Shown: one piece after another, positions 32,081-42,047 of the stretch
How the letters are laid out: each line of letters begins with the position of its first letter
Position numbering within the stretch: position 1 is the first letter of the stretch
Assembly (NCBI GenBank): GCA_050251055.1
Contig: JBFWNL010000008.1
Span: 32,001 to 96,000 of the forward strand
From: Bacteriovoracia bacterium
GTDB taxonomy: Bacteria; Bdellovibrionota; UBA1018; JBFWNL01
Direction of reading: 5' to 3'
DNA length: 64,000 bases
Notes under the pieces: generated by a model
The model's input: the letters and a program-made list of their open reading frames with translations, nothing else
Database searches by the model: none
Told to the model about the DNA's origin: nothing
Position numbers and translations under genes: made by a program

Positions 32081-32908
32081 TTACTTAGCGCCTTGGCCTT
32101 GGGGCCGATCAGGCAACGAATCGATTAACTCTCGCACCGACCGGACTTTCTCGCCTTCGATTTTCTTGGCGATCTCAGGGTACTTCTTGGCCAGGCGCTT
32201 CTCCAAACGATCCGCCGCCTCGATCAGGGAGAAATCTCCGACCGCGCGGCAGTCTTGAAAATGATCCTTCATCCGCAAATGAAAAGTCTCCACCGTGACC
32301 GGGGCTAGCTCATCGTCGTTCAGCGAGATTTCGTTCAGCGATTTAGCAAGGTACGCGCCGAGCCTTCCCCAATAGGCGGGGTTCAAATCGTCACGGAAGC
32401 TCAGCGTCTCGAGAGGGATGTCGTGCTTCTTTTGGACCGATTCGGCGGCGTCTTTTCCGTTAATCAAGAAGCTGCCGACCCCAGAAATTAACTGCGCGCC
32501 GGTATCCGCACGAACGAGCACTTCGTCCACCGAGTACTCCGCTTGAGTTTCCGCCTTTCCGTCCTTCACCAGGGGGATCTCCATCTTCAAAACTCGGGAA
32601 TAGAAGTCGTACTCGGGGCCGCCCGCCCGAATCAATCCGCGGCCGGTGTGCTTGGGACTCGCCTGCGTAAACTTCGCCCGAAAAGCGCCTTGCGGGTTAA
32701 AAAGGTAATATCCCGGCAACGACGAATCCCGTAACATCAGGCCATCGCCTCGCCAGGGCGCCATACGGCCCAGCTCGCCACGGCCGCCGCCGATCGACCC
32801 CAACGACTGGAGGCATTTCTCAAACCGGGAAAGTTTACTGGAATCGTCCTCCGCGAACGCGGAGAGGGCAATGAACACCATTAAAAACAGGGCGGTCCGG
32901 ACCTTCAT
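32081..32908 (-). CDS. Secreted hypothetical protein
   Basis: Signal peptide (SAFA|E); SD GAGG; no recognised domain. Confidence 0.65.
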   Translation of the reverse strand: MKVRTALFLMVFIALSAFAEDDSSKLSRFEKCLQSLGSIGGGRGELGRMAPWRGDGLMLRDSSLPGYYLFNPQGAFRAKFTQASPKHTGRGLIRAGGPEYDFYSRVLKMEIPLVKDGKAETQAEYSVDEVLVRADTGAQLISGVGSFLINGKDAAESVQKKHDIPLETLSFRDDLNPAYWGRLGAYLAKSLNEISLNDDELAPVTVETFHLRMKDHFQDCRAVGDFSLIEAADRLEKRLAKKYPEIAKKIEGEKVRSVRELIDSLPDRPQGQGAK

Positions 32909-33052
32909 AGAAAAACCTCGTTTGCCAGCCCCGGAACTTCTTCACTTAAACGCTAATGCAACGAAGATGCCGACCCATCTCGCTGATAAACGAAAGGAAG
33001 ACATGGAGAACAAAAAAAGTGTAGAAAAATTAAACAATAGGCTTCGCTACAA

Positions 33053-34108
33053 TCAGAGCTTAGTCCTCAACTGAGCGGTTACCAGTCCAGCCGCAATCGC
33101 CACCCCCTCGGGATTCCAGTGGGTGTCGTCTAGCTGATAGAGATGACGCTCGGGGCGGTCCCGACGAGCCGCGAGAAACGCCGACTGAAGGTCAACGACC
33201 ACGATGCCACGCCGCTGGAGCTCGCGCGTAAGCCGCGGCAAGAAAGCGCGCGGGGCATTCGCCCCGAGAAAATCCCAATAAACCGTTTCCTTATTCGGCA
33301 CCGGTAGGAACACGAACCTCGCACCCGTGGTCTCTACCCGGTCCCGGTACGCCAAGATCCGGGTCACCGCCGTTTCCAAAACCGCGTCCGTAGGATCGGC
33401 CAACCCACCGGTTCCTTGCAAGAAATACATGCCGTCGCGTGTGGGTTGCGGGGGGCGCTTAAACCGTGGCACCAGCCGCGAATCTAAAAAATTGAAAACC
33501 AGAGGCGAACGAACGCGATCGTAAAGCATGCGCCAAGGCAGCGGCACGGAGCAATCGCGGGCCGAGTAAGACGCGGACGTCAACTCAGGCAGGACCTCGA
33601 CGTATCTTTCCATCTGCTCAAAAACCACGACGCGTGGACGCATCCCGTGCTTCGCTTGAAAATCAAAGTAGGGCCCCATATCCCCCGGAGCGTACGCGTA
33701 GACGCTTCGGCCCAGTTCGCGTTCCAGACGACTCGCGAGCGTATCTTTCTGCGTGAGGCTCGAGCCCGCCACGTTGCTGTCGCCCACGAGCACGACCTCC
33801 ACCCGCGAGAGATCCTTCTCCGCGTTTCGGTAACCGTGCGAATCGGTGATCCACTCCACGTCCTTCTTTACGGCGCCGTCCGTATGGGCCGCCAAGTCGC
33901 CCACTTCGGTCATCCGCTGGCGCTGGTTCGGATAAAAAAAACCGACCTCGCAGCCATCCCGGTGGTGGAACACGAGCGCCTCCCACATCCGGAACGTAAA
34001 GAAATAAGGGGGAAGCAGAAAGAGTTCGGCGAGGGCGATGAGCACGATGGGGCTTGCCGCCATCGCGACCTTTCCAAAAAATCGAAAATGTTGACGCGCG
34101 TCCCGCAT
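33053..34108 (-). CDS. AlgX/AlgJ-like SGNH O-acetyltransferase
   Basis: N-terminal TM, GDSN, VPNKETVY and DDTHWNPEG (DxHW motif of AlgJ/AlgX). Confidence 0.85.
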   Translation of the reverse strand: MRDARQHFRFFGKVAMAASPIVLIALAELFLLPPYFFTFRMWEALVFHHRDGCEVGFFYPNQRQRMTEVGDLAAHTDGAVKKDVEWITDSHGYRNAEKDLSRVEVVLVGDSNVAGSSLTQKDTLASRLERELGRSVYAYAPGDMGPYFDFQAKHGMRPRVVVFEQMERYVEVLPELTSASYSARDCSVPLPWRMLYDRVRSPLVFNFLDSRLVPRFKRPPQPTRDGMYFLQGTGGLADPTDAVLETAVTRILAYRDRVETTGARFVFLPVPNKETVYWDFLGANAPRAFLPRLTRELQRRGIVVVDLQSAFLAARRDRPERHLYQLDDTHWNPEGVAIAAGLVTAQLRTKL

Positions 34109-34114
34109 ATGCCC

Positions 34115-35554
34115 CTAAAACTGAAAGTAAATGAACGGCGTCGCCTGCCGTACCCGAAACAACAGGCAAACCGCCACGAGCGACAGGTACACTCCCCAAC
34201 GCACGTAAGCGGGCTGCCGAAGCAGGCGCAACCGGATGCTACCTCTCTCTTGCGCCCCTAAAACCGTGTTCAATACCACGAGCAAAAGCCCGCAGAAGGC
34301 CAAGAAAGCCGCGTTCTGCGCAAAGAGGGGCGGCCACTCCTCCCACCCTTGGAAAAATCCGCGCAGCACCGTCTTCGCGGCCTCAAAAGTCGGGGCCCGA
34401 AAGAACACCCACGTCAGGCAGATGAGCGCAAAGGTCACGGCCTGGCGCCAAGCCCCGAGCCATCGCGGAACCGCGGTCAAACCTAACCGGCGCGCCCCCG
34501 CTTCCCTCCACCGCTTCGTCATTTGGGAAACCACCAGAAACACGCCATTCAACCCGCCCCAGATCACGAAGTTCCAACTCGCTCCGTGCCAGAGCCCGCT
34601 CACCAAAAAAGTGATCATTAAGTTTGCGTACCAGCGCCTTCGGGACAGCCGGTTGCCGCCCAGGGGTAGGTAAACGTAATCGCGGAACCAAGTGGAAAGC
34701 GAGATGTGCCAACGGCGCCAGAATTCCGCGATGGATTGGGATGCGTAGGGATGGTTGAAGTTCTTCATCAGGCGAATGCCCATGACTTCGGACGCGCCGA
34801 TGGCGATGTCCGAATACCCCGAGAAATCGCAATAAATCTGGAACGCAAAAAACACCGTCGCGAGCACCAGCACGGGCCCGCTAAAATCAGCTGGCTGGTC
34901 GTAAACGGGATTCACGAACATCGCCAAGCGATCGGCGATCACCACCTTCTTAAACAACCCCCAAGCCATAAGTTTGAGGCCACTGGCGACGCGCCCATAA
35001 TCGAGGTCATGCCGTTCGCGGAACTGATGCAAGAGATTCTGGGGGCGTTCGATGGGACCCGCCACGAGCTGGGGATAATACATCACGTAAAGCGCGTAAA
35101 TTCCGAAGTGGCGCTCGGCCCGCTGGGCGCCCCGGTAGACCTCGATCACGTAGCTCAGGCTCTGGAAGGTATGAAATGACAACCCGACGGGCAGGATGAT
35201 CTCCAGCACCGAGATCGAATAGTTCCAGCCGATGGCGGCGGAGAGCGCGTTCATGTTCACGGCGAAAAAATTAAAATATTTGAAAACGAAGAGCACCAGG
35301 CAGGTGCTGATCACGCTCCCCCAAAGCCAGATGCGTTTGGCGGCCTGGGTGCGGCTCTCTTCGATCCAACGCCCGGCCCAGTAATCGATACCGATCGTGA
35401 TGGCGAGCACCAGGATGTACGCGGGAACAAACCACATGTAGAACACGCAGCTCGCCGCGAGCAAAAGCGCCCAGCGGTAGGCGTGGGGCAACCAGAAATA
35501 AAGCAGGGTCACGAGCGGAAAAAAGACGAGGAAGCTTCCGGAATTGAAGAGCAT
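34115..35554 (-). CDS. MBOAT-family O-acyltransferase (AlgI/PatA/DltB-like)
   Basis: MLFNS, LPVGLSFHTFQ, PQLVAGPIER, YCDFSGYSD, FWRRWHISLS, SGLWHGA, FIYFQF. Confidence 0.93.
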   Translation of the reverse strand: MLFNSGSFLVFFPLVTLLYFWLPHAYRWALLLAASCVFYMWFVPAYILVLAITIGIDYWAGRWIEESRTQAAKRIWLWGSVISTCLVLFVFKYFNFFAVNMNALSAAIGWNYSISVLEIILPVGLSFHTFQSLSYVIEVYRGAQRAERHFGIYALYVMYYPQLVAGPIERPQNLLHQFRERHDLDYGRVASGLKLMAWGLFKKVVIADRLAMFVNPVYDQPADFSGPVLVLATVFFAFQIYCDFSGYSDIAIGASEVMGIRLMKNFNHPYASQSIAEFWRRWHISLSTWFRDYVYLPLGGNRLSRRRWYANLMITFLVSGLWHGASWNFVIWGGLNGVFLVVSQMTKRWREAGARRLGLTAVPRWLGAWRQAVTFALICLTWVFFRAPTFEAAKTVLRGFFQGWEEWPPLFAQNAAFLAFCGLLLVVLNTVLGAQERGSIRLRLLRQPAYVRWGVYLSLVAVCLLFRVRQATPFIYFQF

Positions 35555-35584
35555 CGTCTGGGCTTCCGCTTACGGAAGGGGTGA

Positions 35585-36916
35585 CTAGGCTTCCTTCACC
35601 TTGGATTGATCGAGCAAGAACTGGATGGTCTTGTCTTCACGCACGCGGAAGGCGAGGTTCTCGCGCTTTTCGGCGTCTTTTTCGTAGAACTCGCGGACCT
35701 TTTCGGCTTCGACCTTCATGGCTTCGCCCATTTTCTTGTACTCGCTTTCCAGGTCGGCTTTTTCCGCCTGGATGTTTTCCTTGTTCGCGATGGCCTCGAG
35801 CAGTAGGCCTGCGCGGACCTGGCTTTCGGCCTTCTTCTTCACATTCTCCTGCTCGTGCGTGAGCGCATCGCGGATCATCTCGTCGCTGAAGCGCTGCTGC
35901 TGCAGGTTCTGCACGAACTCCTGCACGATCATGCGCGACTGGGCTTCGATGAGCTGCTGCGGGCATTCGAACGGATTTTTATCGATAAGGGTCTGGATGA
36001 GGTCCGAGCGCAGCTTGCGCTCGACGGTGTCCTGCCGGTTCTTCTCCACCGACTCGCGGGCTTTCTGCTTGAACGACGCTACGCTGTCGTGACCCATGGT
36101 CTTGACAAATTCGTCGGTCAGCTCGGGCAGTTTCTTTTCCTTGATATCGTTGATGGTGACCGTGAATTCGGCTTCCTTGTTGTTGAGCTTCGGCTCGGAA
36201 TAATTATCGGGGAAACGCACGCGGAACTTTTTCGTCTCGCCACGTTTCATGCCTTCCATATTGTCTTCGAAACCCGGGATCAGCTCGCCCATGCCCATTT
36301 CAACTTGGCGCGCGCCCTTCATCCCCTCGTACGGCTCGACGCCCGTTTCGGTGACCAAGCCACCATCGAAGTTGAAATCGACGAAGTCGTGCTTCTTCAC
36401 CTGGCGCGCGGCGATCTGCGCTTCCGTGCCCGCGAGCGGCACGATCTCGGCGCGTTGATCCAGGATGTTGTTGATCACGCCCTGCACGTCTTCTTCCGAA
36501 ACGGCGGACTTCTCGCGCTTCAGCGCGAACCCTTTGTAATTCTTTACCTCGATTTCCGGCAAGATCTCGACCGTGGCGGTGAAGGTCAGGTCCTTGTCCT
36601 CGGTGAGGAGCGGACCAGTTTTTTCGGTCGTTTCGATCGACGGACGGCCAATGGGACGCAGCTTGTGCTCCTGCAAGGCCTTCGAATAGGACTCTTCCAC
36701 CAGCGATTGAAAGAGCCGGGCCTTCACGTCGTCCCCATAGTACTGCTTGACCACATGCATTGGAACATGGCCCGGGCGAAAGCCCTTGAGCTTCGCGGTG
36801 CGGCCGACCTCACTCAGACCGGCCTGATACCGGGATGAAATCATGCCGGCAGGGACGGTGATCGTAAGCTTGCGGGTAACCTTGGAAGGAGATTCGATAC
36901 GGCTGGTGTATTGCAT
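35585..36916 (-). CDS. tig: Trigger factor
   Basis: GFRPGHVP ribosome-binding motif and FKBP domain (LIPGFED, FPDNY). Confidence 0.95.
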   Translation of the reverse strand: MQYTSRIESPSKVTRKLTITVPAGMISSRYQAGLSEVGRTAKLKGFRPGHVPMHVVKQYYGDDVKARLFQSLVEESYSKALQEHKLRPIGRPSIETTEKTGPLLTEDKDLTFTATVEILPEIEVKNYKGFALKREKSAVSEEDVQGVINNILDQRAEIVPLAGTEAQIAARQVKKHDFVDFNFDGGLVTETGVEPYEGMKGARQVEMGMGELIPGFEDNMEGMKRGETKKFRVRFPDNYSEPKLNNKEAEFTVTINDIKEKKLPELTDEFVKTMGHDSVASFKQKARESVEKNRQDTVERKLRSDLIQTLIDKNPFECPQQLIEAQSRMIVQEFVQNLQQQRFSDEMIRDALTHEQENVKKKAESQVRAGLLLEAIANKENIQAEKADLESEYKKMGEAMKVEAEKVREFYEKDAEKRENLAFRVREDKTIQFLLDQSKVKEA

Positions 36917-36944
36917 AAGGCTTGAGGTTTTAGGTCAAAATGGG

Positions 36945-37751
36945 TCAAAACGCAACGTCGCGATACCACACTTTTTCCAGCCATAATCCCCTGGGTTGAG
37001 CGGTCGCCCCCACTAAAGAGCGGTCCTTTTTCTCGAGAATTTCGCGCATACAGGTGGCCGGTCGCTTTCCCTCCCCCACCTGCAAAAGGGTCCCCGCGAT
37101 CCCCCTCACCATCTGCTTTAAAAACCCGCTTCCCACCAGAGTCAGGCGCACCATCCCGTAGCCCAGCGCCTGGGAGGCCTGCAGATCCGGGAACCCAATG
37201 GGCTCCGGGGCGACCCGGGCTTCGAAGATGGTACGGACGGTCGTCTTGACGTTGGCCCCCGCCGCCTGGAAAGGAACGAAGTCGTGCTCTCCCACCAAGG
37301 CGCCCACGGCCTCGTGCATGGCTTCCCAATCCAGGCGCTTGCGGATCCACCAGCTCGTACGCGCGACGTGCGGGAGTTCGCAGGGGCCTTGCTGGAAGTA
37401 AAACGAGTACTGCTTGCGCTCGGCCGAGAGCTGCGCATGAAAGTCCTCGGGCACTTCGCGGATCGCCAGCACGCGGATGGCGTCGGGCAAAAGCGAGTTC
37501 AAGCCGTTCTGGATGTTTTCGCGCTTCCAATCGTCGCGGGTCAGCCGAAAGTGGGCAACCTGCCCGCATGCATGGACGCCCGCGTCCGTGCGACCGCTCG
37601 CGACGCAGCTGATTTTCTCCTGGGTGATCTGGGAGAGCGCTTTCTCGATCGTCTCCTGCAGACTCGGATCGCCTTCGGCGGCGCTCCCCTTCTGGCGCTG
37701 CCAACCGCAATAGCGCGTGCCGAGATAGGAAAGGAGCAATGCGTACTTCAT
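36945..37751 (-). CDS. truA: tRNA pseudouridine(38-40) synthase
   Basis: GWQRQ, SGRTDAGVHA, GFLKQMVRGI. Confidence 0.96.
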   Translation of the reverse strand: MKYALLLSYLGTRYCGWQRQKGSAAEGDPSLQETIEKALSQITQEKISCVASGRTDAGVHACGQVAHFRLTRDDWKRENIQNGLNSLLPDAIRVLAIREVPEDFHAQLSAERKQYSFYFQQGPCELPHVARTSWWIRKRLDWEAMHEAVGALVGEHDFVPFQAAGANVKTTVRTIFEARVAPEPIGFPDLQASQALGYGMVRLTLVGSGFLKQMVRGIAGTLLQVGEGKRPATCMREILEKKDRSLVGATAQPRGLWLEKVWYRDVAF

Positions 37752-38795
37752 TTAATACTCGAAAGTCAGGCCGGCCAAGACGCCATAGTCATCGAAGCGG
37801 ACGGCGCCCTTGATGGTCGTGAGCTTCGCATACTCGATATTCAAGTAATAATGTTTGATGCCAAAGCTGTCATACAGATTCCAAGTCATCTCGTCGCTGA
37901 TGCGATCCAGCTGAATGGCGATCCCACCGCCGTAATAAAGCCCCAACGAATACCCCTTGTGCGACGGCTGTCCGTCGTTACGCTCCTCCAGAAAAGGCAT
38001 GAACGTCGGCAAGACCATCACGTAAGGTCTAAGGATCCGTAAAAGATTGAAGCGGTAATTGAGCCCGATGGAAATCGGTAAGTGCACGAAAGCAAACACC
38101 GTGCGGGATTTGCTGCCAAACTGGGCGCCGGTTTTCTCGTTCGGCAAATCCACTTCGAACACCCCATTGCCACGGAATGCGGAAAAACCCACATTGGTCA
38201 TCAACCCCAGGCTACCCAGCCACTCACTGTGAAACGGTTGCCACTCCCAAAAGAAAGAAAAGTTCGGGTGATAACCCTGCGAATTTGGGTAAACGGAGGT
38301 AAAGCTTTGGGCGACCGTCCCCGATTCGCCCGTGGCGTTGAAGCGCATGACGGCGCCCACGCGCAAGCCCGCGGCGAAGCGGATATCGCCCGGTCGCTTC
38401 AATTCAAGCTCGGACGTGCCATCCTTCACGCGCTCGATCGCTCCTTTTTCGGGCGTCGGGTCCAGCTGGCTCTTCGCTACTTCGGTATAAGAAGGGTCCG
38501 CGGGCTTCTGAAAATACTCGGGATCTTTTTCCTTCACGCTTTCAATGAAGCTCTTTTCGGCTTCGCCGGATGGCGGGTTCGCCTCGACGATCTCTTGGCG
38601 TTTTTGCTCGATAAACGTCCCGTCCGGCGGTGGCGGGTTGTCTTTCTCCCGCTCGGCAATTTCAGCCTTCACCTTGTCGATGAAAGGCTGCTTGCTCGGT
38701 TCATCTATCCCTTCGGACGCCGATTTCCCTGCGCAGGCCGCCAATACCGCCAAGCCAGCCAAACCAAGTCCATACGCCCCCCCCCGCCGTATCAC
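37752..38795 (-). CDS. Outer-membrane beta-barrel protein with lipoprotein-like N-terminus
   Basis: GTG start overlapping the upstream TGA; LAVLAA|C; amphipathic strands, RPYV and C-terminal GLTFEY. Confidence 0.65.
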   Translation of the reverse strand: MIRRGGAYGLGLAGLAVLAACAGKSASEGIDEPSKQPFIDKVKAEIAEREKDNPPPPDGTFIEQKRQEIVEANPPSGEAEKSFIESVKEKDPEYFQKPADPSYTEVAKSQLDPTPEKGAIERVKDGTSELELKRPGDIRFAAGLRVGAVMRFNATGESGTVAQSFTSVYPNSQGYHPNFSFFWEWQPFHSEWLGSLGLMTNVGFSAFRGNGVFEVDLPNEKTGAQFGSKSRTVFAFVHLPISIGLNYRFNLLRILRPYVMVLPTFMPFLEERNDGQPSHKGYSLGLYYGGGIAIQLDRISDEMTWNLYDSFGIKHYYLNIEYAKLTTIKGAVRFDDYGVLAGLTFEY

Positions 38796-40228
38796 GCGCT
38801 CGTCCCCCGCCGGCCGCGCGCCATCCCCACGAGCGACGCCATAAAGACCGCGAACATCAGCGCGATCCCGGCCCAAAGCACCAAGGGATTCAGCACTAAC
38901 CACGCCATGACCTCGAAGGGAACGAGCATCAGCATCACCGGGAACCGAAACTTGGGATGGTCGACGAGCCACGTCGCCAACCGCGGCGAATGGTCGTAAT
39001 ACCAGCGCACGAACGCCCGCCCCGGGCGATGGCGAAGCAGGATACGGTCGCGAAACTCACGCAAGAGATCCACGGGCGCCGAACGCAGCTCTCGAAACGC
39101 GGCCGTGGCGATGAAGCACGCGTTCTGCGACATGAACCCTTGAACCGCCGATGTGCGCACCTGCGTGAAGGCGCACCCCGCCGCGCTCGTATCCGTATTG
39201 AAAGCGCCGATAATGCCAGCGTCATCGCGGGCGGCGATGTTCATAAAATAAGGGTGATCGGAGCTCGTGGTGGTGTTGGTGAAACCCGGCAAAGTCGTGC
39301 CCTGATTGGAAGCCACGGCCGCGTAGATTCCGTTATTGACATACCCCCCGGCCGTCATGTCCGGAGTGGAGCCTTCCTTCGCCACGATAAAGATCCCACC
39401 GGCGCCCGGTCCACCAGAAACGCCGGGCGATCCCGCGACGGCCAGCGGGTTGACCTGAATCGAGGAATCGCCGGGAAAATAAAATTCGCCGGGACTATTG
39501 CACTGCAGAGTCGGCGGTGTGCTCGAAAAAATGAGAGAAACGGTGTTCTTAGAGTCCGGAGATCCCGCCATATCCACGAACCCTTGCGCGTCCGGGGCAC
39601 CCGCCACGAAATCCACGGTCAGGGTGGTGATCGCCGGAGAGTTCCCAGCGGGATTATCGACCTCGCCGCCCGCGGCCGTGCAGCCCTTCGCGTGAACATA
39701 GGTGCTCGACGTCGTGCTCGAACCCACCGCCAGACGGCAAATATCCCGCGGGTAAAGCGCGATGCGGACGGTCGTGCCGGACGTGGCGTAACGAGCCGAG
39801 TAATAATACAGGCCGGCGCCCACCTCACCCGAACAAGTCGTGCTCGTGCAGTTTTCTGGCGTGGCCGAGGGGCTTACGCCCGCCGCCGCGATCGGCACCC
39901 AAAGCTTGTCGGTGTTGTTTTCCGCCAATACTCGCACGCCGATAACGGAACTTGGTCCAAGCGAACTGGCCGAGGTGATCTCAAATACGACGAGCTGCTC
40001 GCGATTCGTGTTTCCCGCGCCCACCGAGGTGTCGTACGCGCGAAAGCCCGCCGCCGTATCGACAAAGCCGGGTGCGATAATTGGGGCATAGGCGTAGAAC
40101 ACCTTGTCGCCGGTGCCCAACGAATACGGCGTGACCGGCTTGACGGTAAGGGCTCCCGCGGTGGCCGGAAGAAACAGAAGCGGTAGACTAAATTTTACCC
40201 AAGAGCATCTCGGCGATCTGAATCCCAT
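38792..40228 (-). CDS. Secreted protein with CFI-box-CTERM sorting domain
   Basis: C-terminal CFIATAAF...VDLLREFRDRILL...GRAFVRWYY..SP, then a TM helix and basic tail; Thr/Ser/Gly-rich beta domains. Confidence 0.8.
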   Translation of the reverse strand: MGFRSPRCSWVKFSLPLLFLPATAGALTVKPVTPYSLGTGDKVFYAYAPIIAPGFVDTAAGFRAYDTSVGAGNTNREQLVVFEITSASSLGPSSVIGVRVLAENNTDKLWVPIAAAGVSPSATPENCTSTTCSGEVGAGLYYYSARYATSGTTVRIALYPRDICRLAVGSSTTSSTYVHAKGCTAAGGEVDNPAGNSPAITTLTVDFVAGAPDAQGFVDMAGSPDSKNTVSLIFSSTPPTLQCNSPGEFYFPGDSSIQVNPLAVAGSPGVSGGPGAGGIFIVAKEGSTPDMTAGGYVNNGIYAAVASNQGTTLPGFTNTTTSSDHPYFMNIAARDDAGIIGAFNTDTSAAGCAFTQVRTSAVQGFMSQNACFIATAAFRELRSAPVDLLREFRDRILLRHRPGRAFVRWYYDHSPRLATWLVDHPKFRFPVMLMLVPFEVMAWLVLNPLVLWAGIALMFAVFMASLVGMARGRRGTSA

Positions 40229-41213
40229 TCAGCGCGGCTCCCTTTCGTAGATTGTCCGAAACCACCCACATATTCAGGCCGTGCGGGACCGAATCGTCCC
40301 GCCGCAGCCGGCCTACGTACACCGCGTCTTGGTTGGCGCAATCGACGGCCATCGGATACTTCCCGCGCGCCGGCTCGTCGACCACCTTCAACCCGGAAAA
40401 CTTCTCCATCGCCTGTCGCACTTCCGCGAGCTCAAACGGACGTTCGCATTCGACGTTCACGGTTTCCGCGTGGCTTTGCACGGTCGGCACCCGCACCGCG
40501 GTCGCCGTCACTTTGAGGCCCGGTAAACCCAAGATTTTACGGGTCTCGGCCATGATTTTCTGCTCTTCGCTCGTGTAGGCGTCTTCTTTAAACCCGCCGA
40601 TCTGCGGGATGCAGTTGAAAGCGATCGAGTGCGCGAAAATCTTGGGCTTCACCGGGCGTCCCGCCAGATGGTCGGCGGTCTGCTCGAAAAGCTCGTCGAT
40701 GGCCAGCGAACCCGCCCCCGAAACGCTCTGGTAACTCGACACCACGACGCGCTTAAGCCCCCAGCGATCGTGGATGGGTTTGAGCGCCACGACGAGCTGG
40801 ACAGTGGAGCAGTTTGGCCCAGCCAAGATCCGCTGCTTCGGGTCCGCAGCGCCTTTCGCGAGGCGATCACTCAGGAGCTTCCCGTTCACCTCGGGCACGA
40901 GCAGGAAAACGTCAGGATCCATGCGATAGGTCGCGGAGTTATCGATCACCCACGCGCCATCTTCGGCCGCGCGGGGCACCCATTCTTTAGAAACTTCGTC
41001 GGAGGCGTCGAAAAAAGCGATCTGCACGCCTTGGAAACAACCGGGTTTCATGACCTGACAAACGAGGTCCCGCCCTTGAAAACGGACGGTCTTGCCGGCG
41101 GAACGGGGCGAAGAGAACGCTACTACCTCGGTCACGGGAAATTTTCGCTGTTCGAGAATTTTCAGCGCCTGTTGGCCGACGGCGCCCGTGGCGCCGACGA
41201 TAGCTAATCTCAT
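40188..41213 (-). CDS. asd: Aspartate-semialdehyde dehydrogenase
   Basis: VGATGAVG, DNSATYRM, PNCST, YQSVSGAG, DNLRKGAALN. Confidence 0.97.
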   Translation of the reverse strand: MRLAIVGATGAVGQQALKILEQRKFPVTEVVAFSSPRSAGKTVRFQGRDLVCQVMKPGCFQGVQIAFFDASDEVSKEWVPRAAEDGAWVIDNSATYRMDPDVFLLVPEVNGKLLSDRLAKGAADPKQRILAGPNCSTVQLVVALKPIHDRWGLKRVVVSSYQSVSGAGSLAIDELFEQTADHLAGRPVKPKIFAHSIAFNCIPQIGGFKEDAYTSEEQKIMAETRKILGLPGLKVTATAVRVPTVQSHAETVNVECERPFELAEVRQAMEKFSGLKVVDEPARGKYPMAVDCANQDAVYVGRLRRDDSVPHGLNMWVVSDNLRKGAALNGIQIAEMLLGKI

Positions 41214-41968
41214 GATCGATCCTGCCGAACGGCCGTGGGTTTCGCCCGCAGGACTAGCGCCAAGTTCCAAGCCAGCGAAGAGAAGATATATCCGATCACG
41301 ATCAGAAAAAGGCTCACTTCCGGTCTCACGGCGATGAGGATCATGCACATCACGCCGATCATTAAATAACCGAAGCTCGCGCGCGAACGCCAATTCAGCT
41401 CCTTGAACGAAGGAAAGCGAACCGTGCTGACCATCAGACTCGCCGACATCAATGCCAGCACGAGCGTGATCCACTGCACCGCTTGGTCATCGATCGCGTG
41501 ACTGGCTTCGCCGTTCAACGACGGCCACCCAGTCGCGAAGTGGAAGATCACGAACGTGGCGATCACCGAGGCCGCCATCGGACTAGGCAAGCCTTGGAAA
41601 TAGCCCTTGGGCACGACGTGCGTGCTCACGTTGAAACGCGCGAGCCGGAGCGCGCCGCAAGCGAGGAACAAAAACGCGGCCAGGTAGCCCAGACGACCGA
41701 ACGGATTGAGCGACCACTGAAAGAGCAACATCGCGGGCGCCATCCCGAACGAGATGAGATCACAAAGGCTGTCGTACTGGACGCCGAAGGAACTGGTCGC
41801 CTTGGCCAGGCGGGCGATGCGGCCATCGAGCGAATCAAAAATCGTGGCCGCCAAGATGGACCAGGCGGCTAACGTGTAGTTTCCGGAAATCGAGGCGATC
41901 ACCGAATAAAAACCGCAAAACATGTTCGCGGTCGTGACGATGTTGGGAACGATATAAATCTTTTTCAT
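41210..41968 (-). CDS. pssA: CDP-diacylglycerol--serine O-phosphatidyltransferase
   Basis: PNIVT, DSLDGRIAR...FGVQYDSLCD, RLARFN, FQGLPSP. Confidence 0.93.
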   Translation of the reverse strand: MKKIYIVPNIVTTANMFCGFYSVIASISGNYTLAAWSILAATIFDSLDGRIARLAKATSSFGVQYDSLCDLISFGMAPAMLLFQWSLNPFGRLGYLAAFLFLACGALRLARFNVSTHVVPKGYFQGLPSPMAASVIATFVIFHFATGWPSLNGEASHAIDDQAVQWITLVLALMSASLMVSTVRFPSFKELNWRSRASFGYLMIGVMCMILIAVRPEVSLFLIVIGYIFSSLAWNLALVLRAKPTAVRQDRS

Positions 41969-42047
41969 TTATCTAATGCCCGATAACTTCGGCAGGCTAT
42001 CAATCTCCCGCGCCAAAAACAAGGCGGGCTTTCATGACCACACGCGT

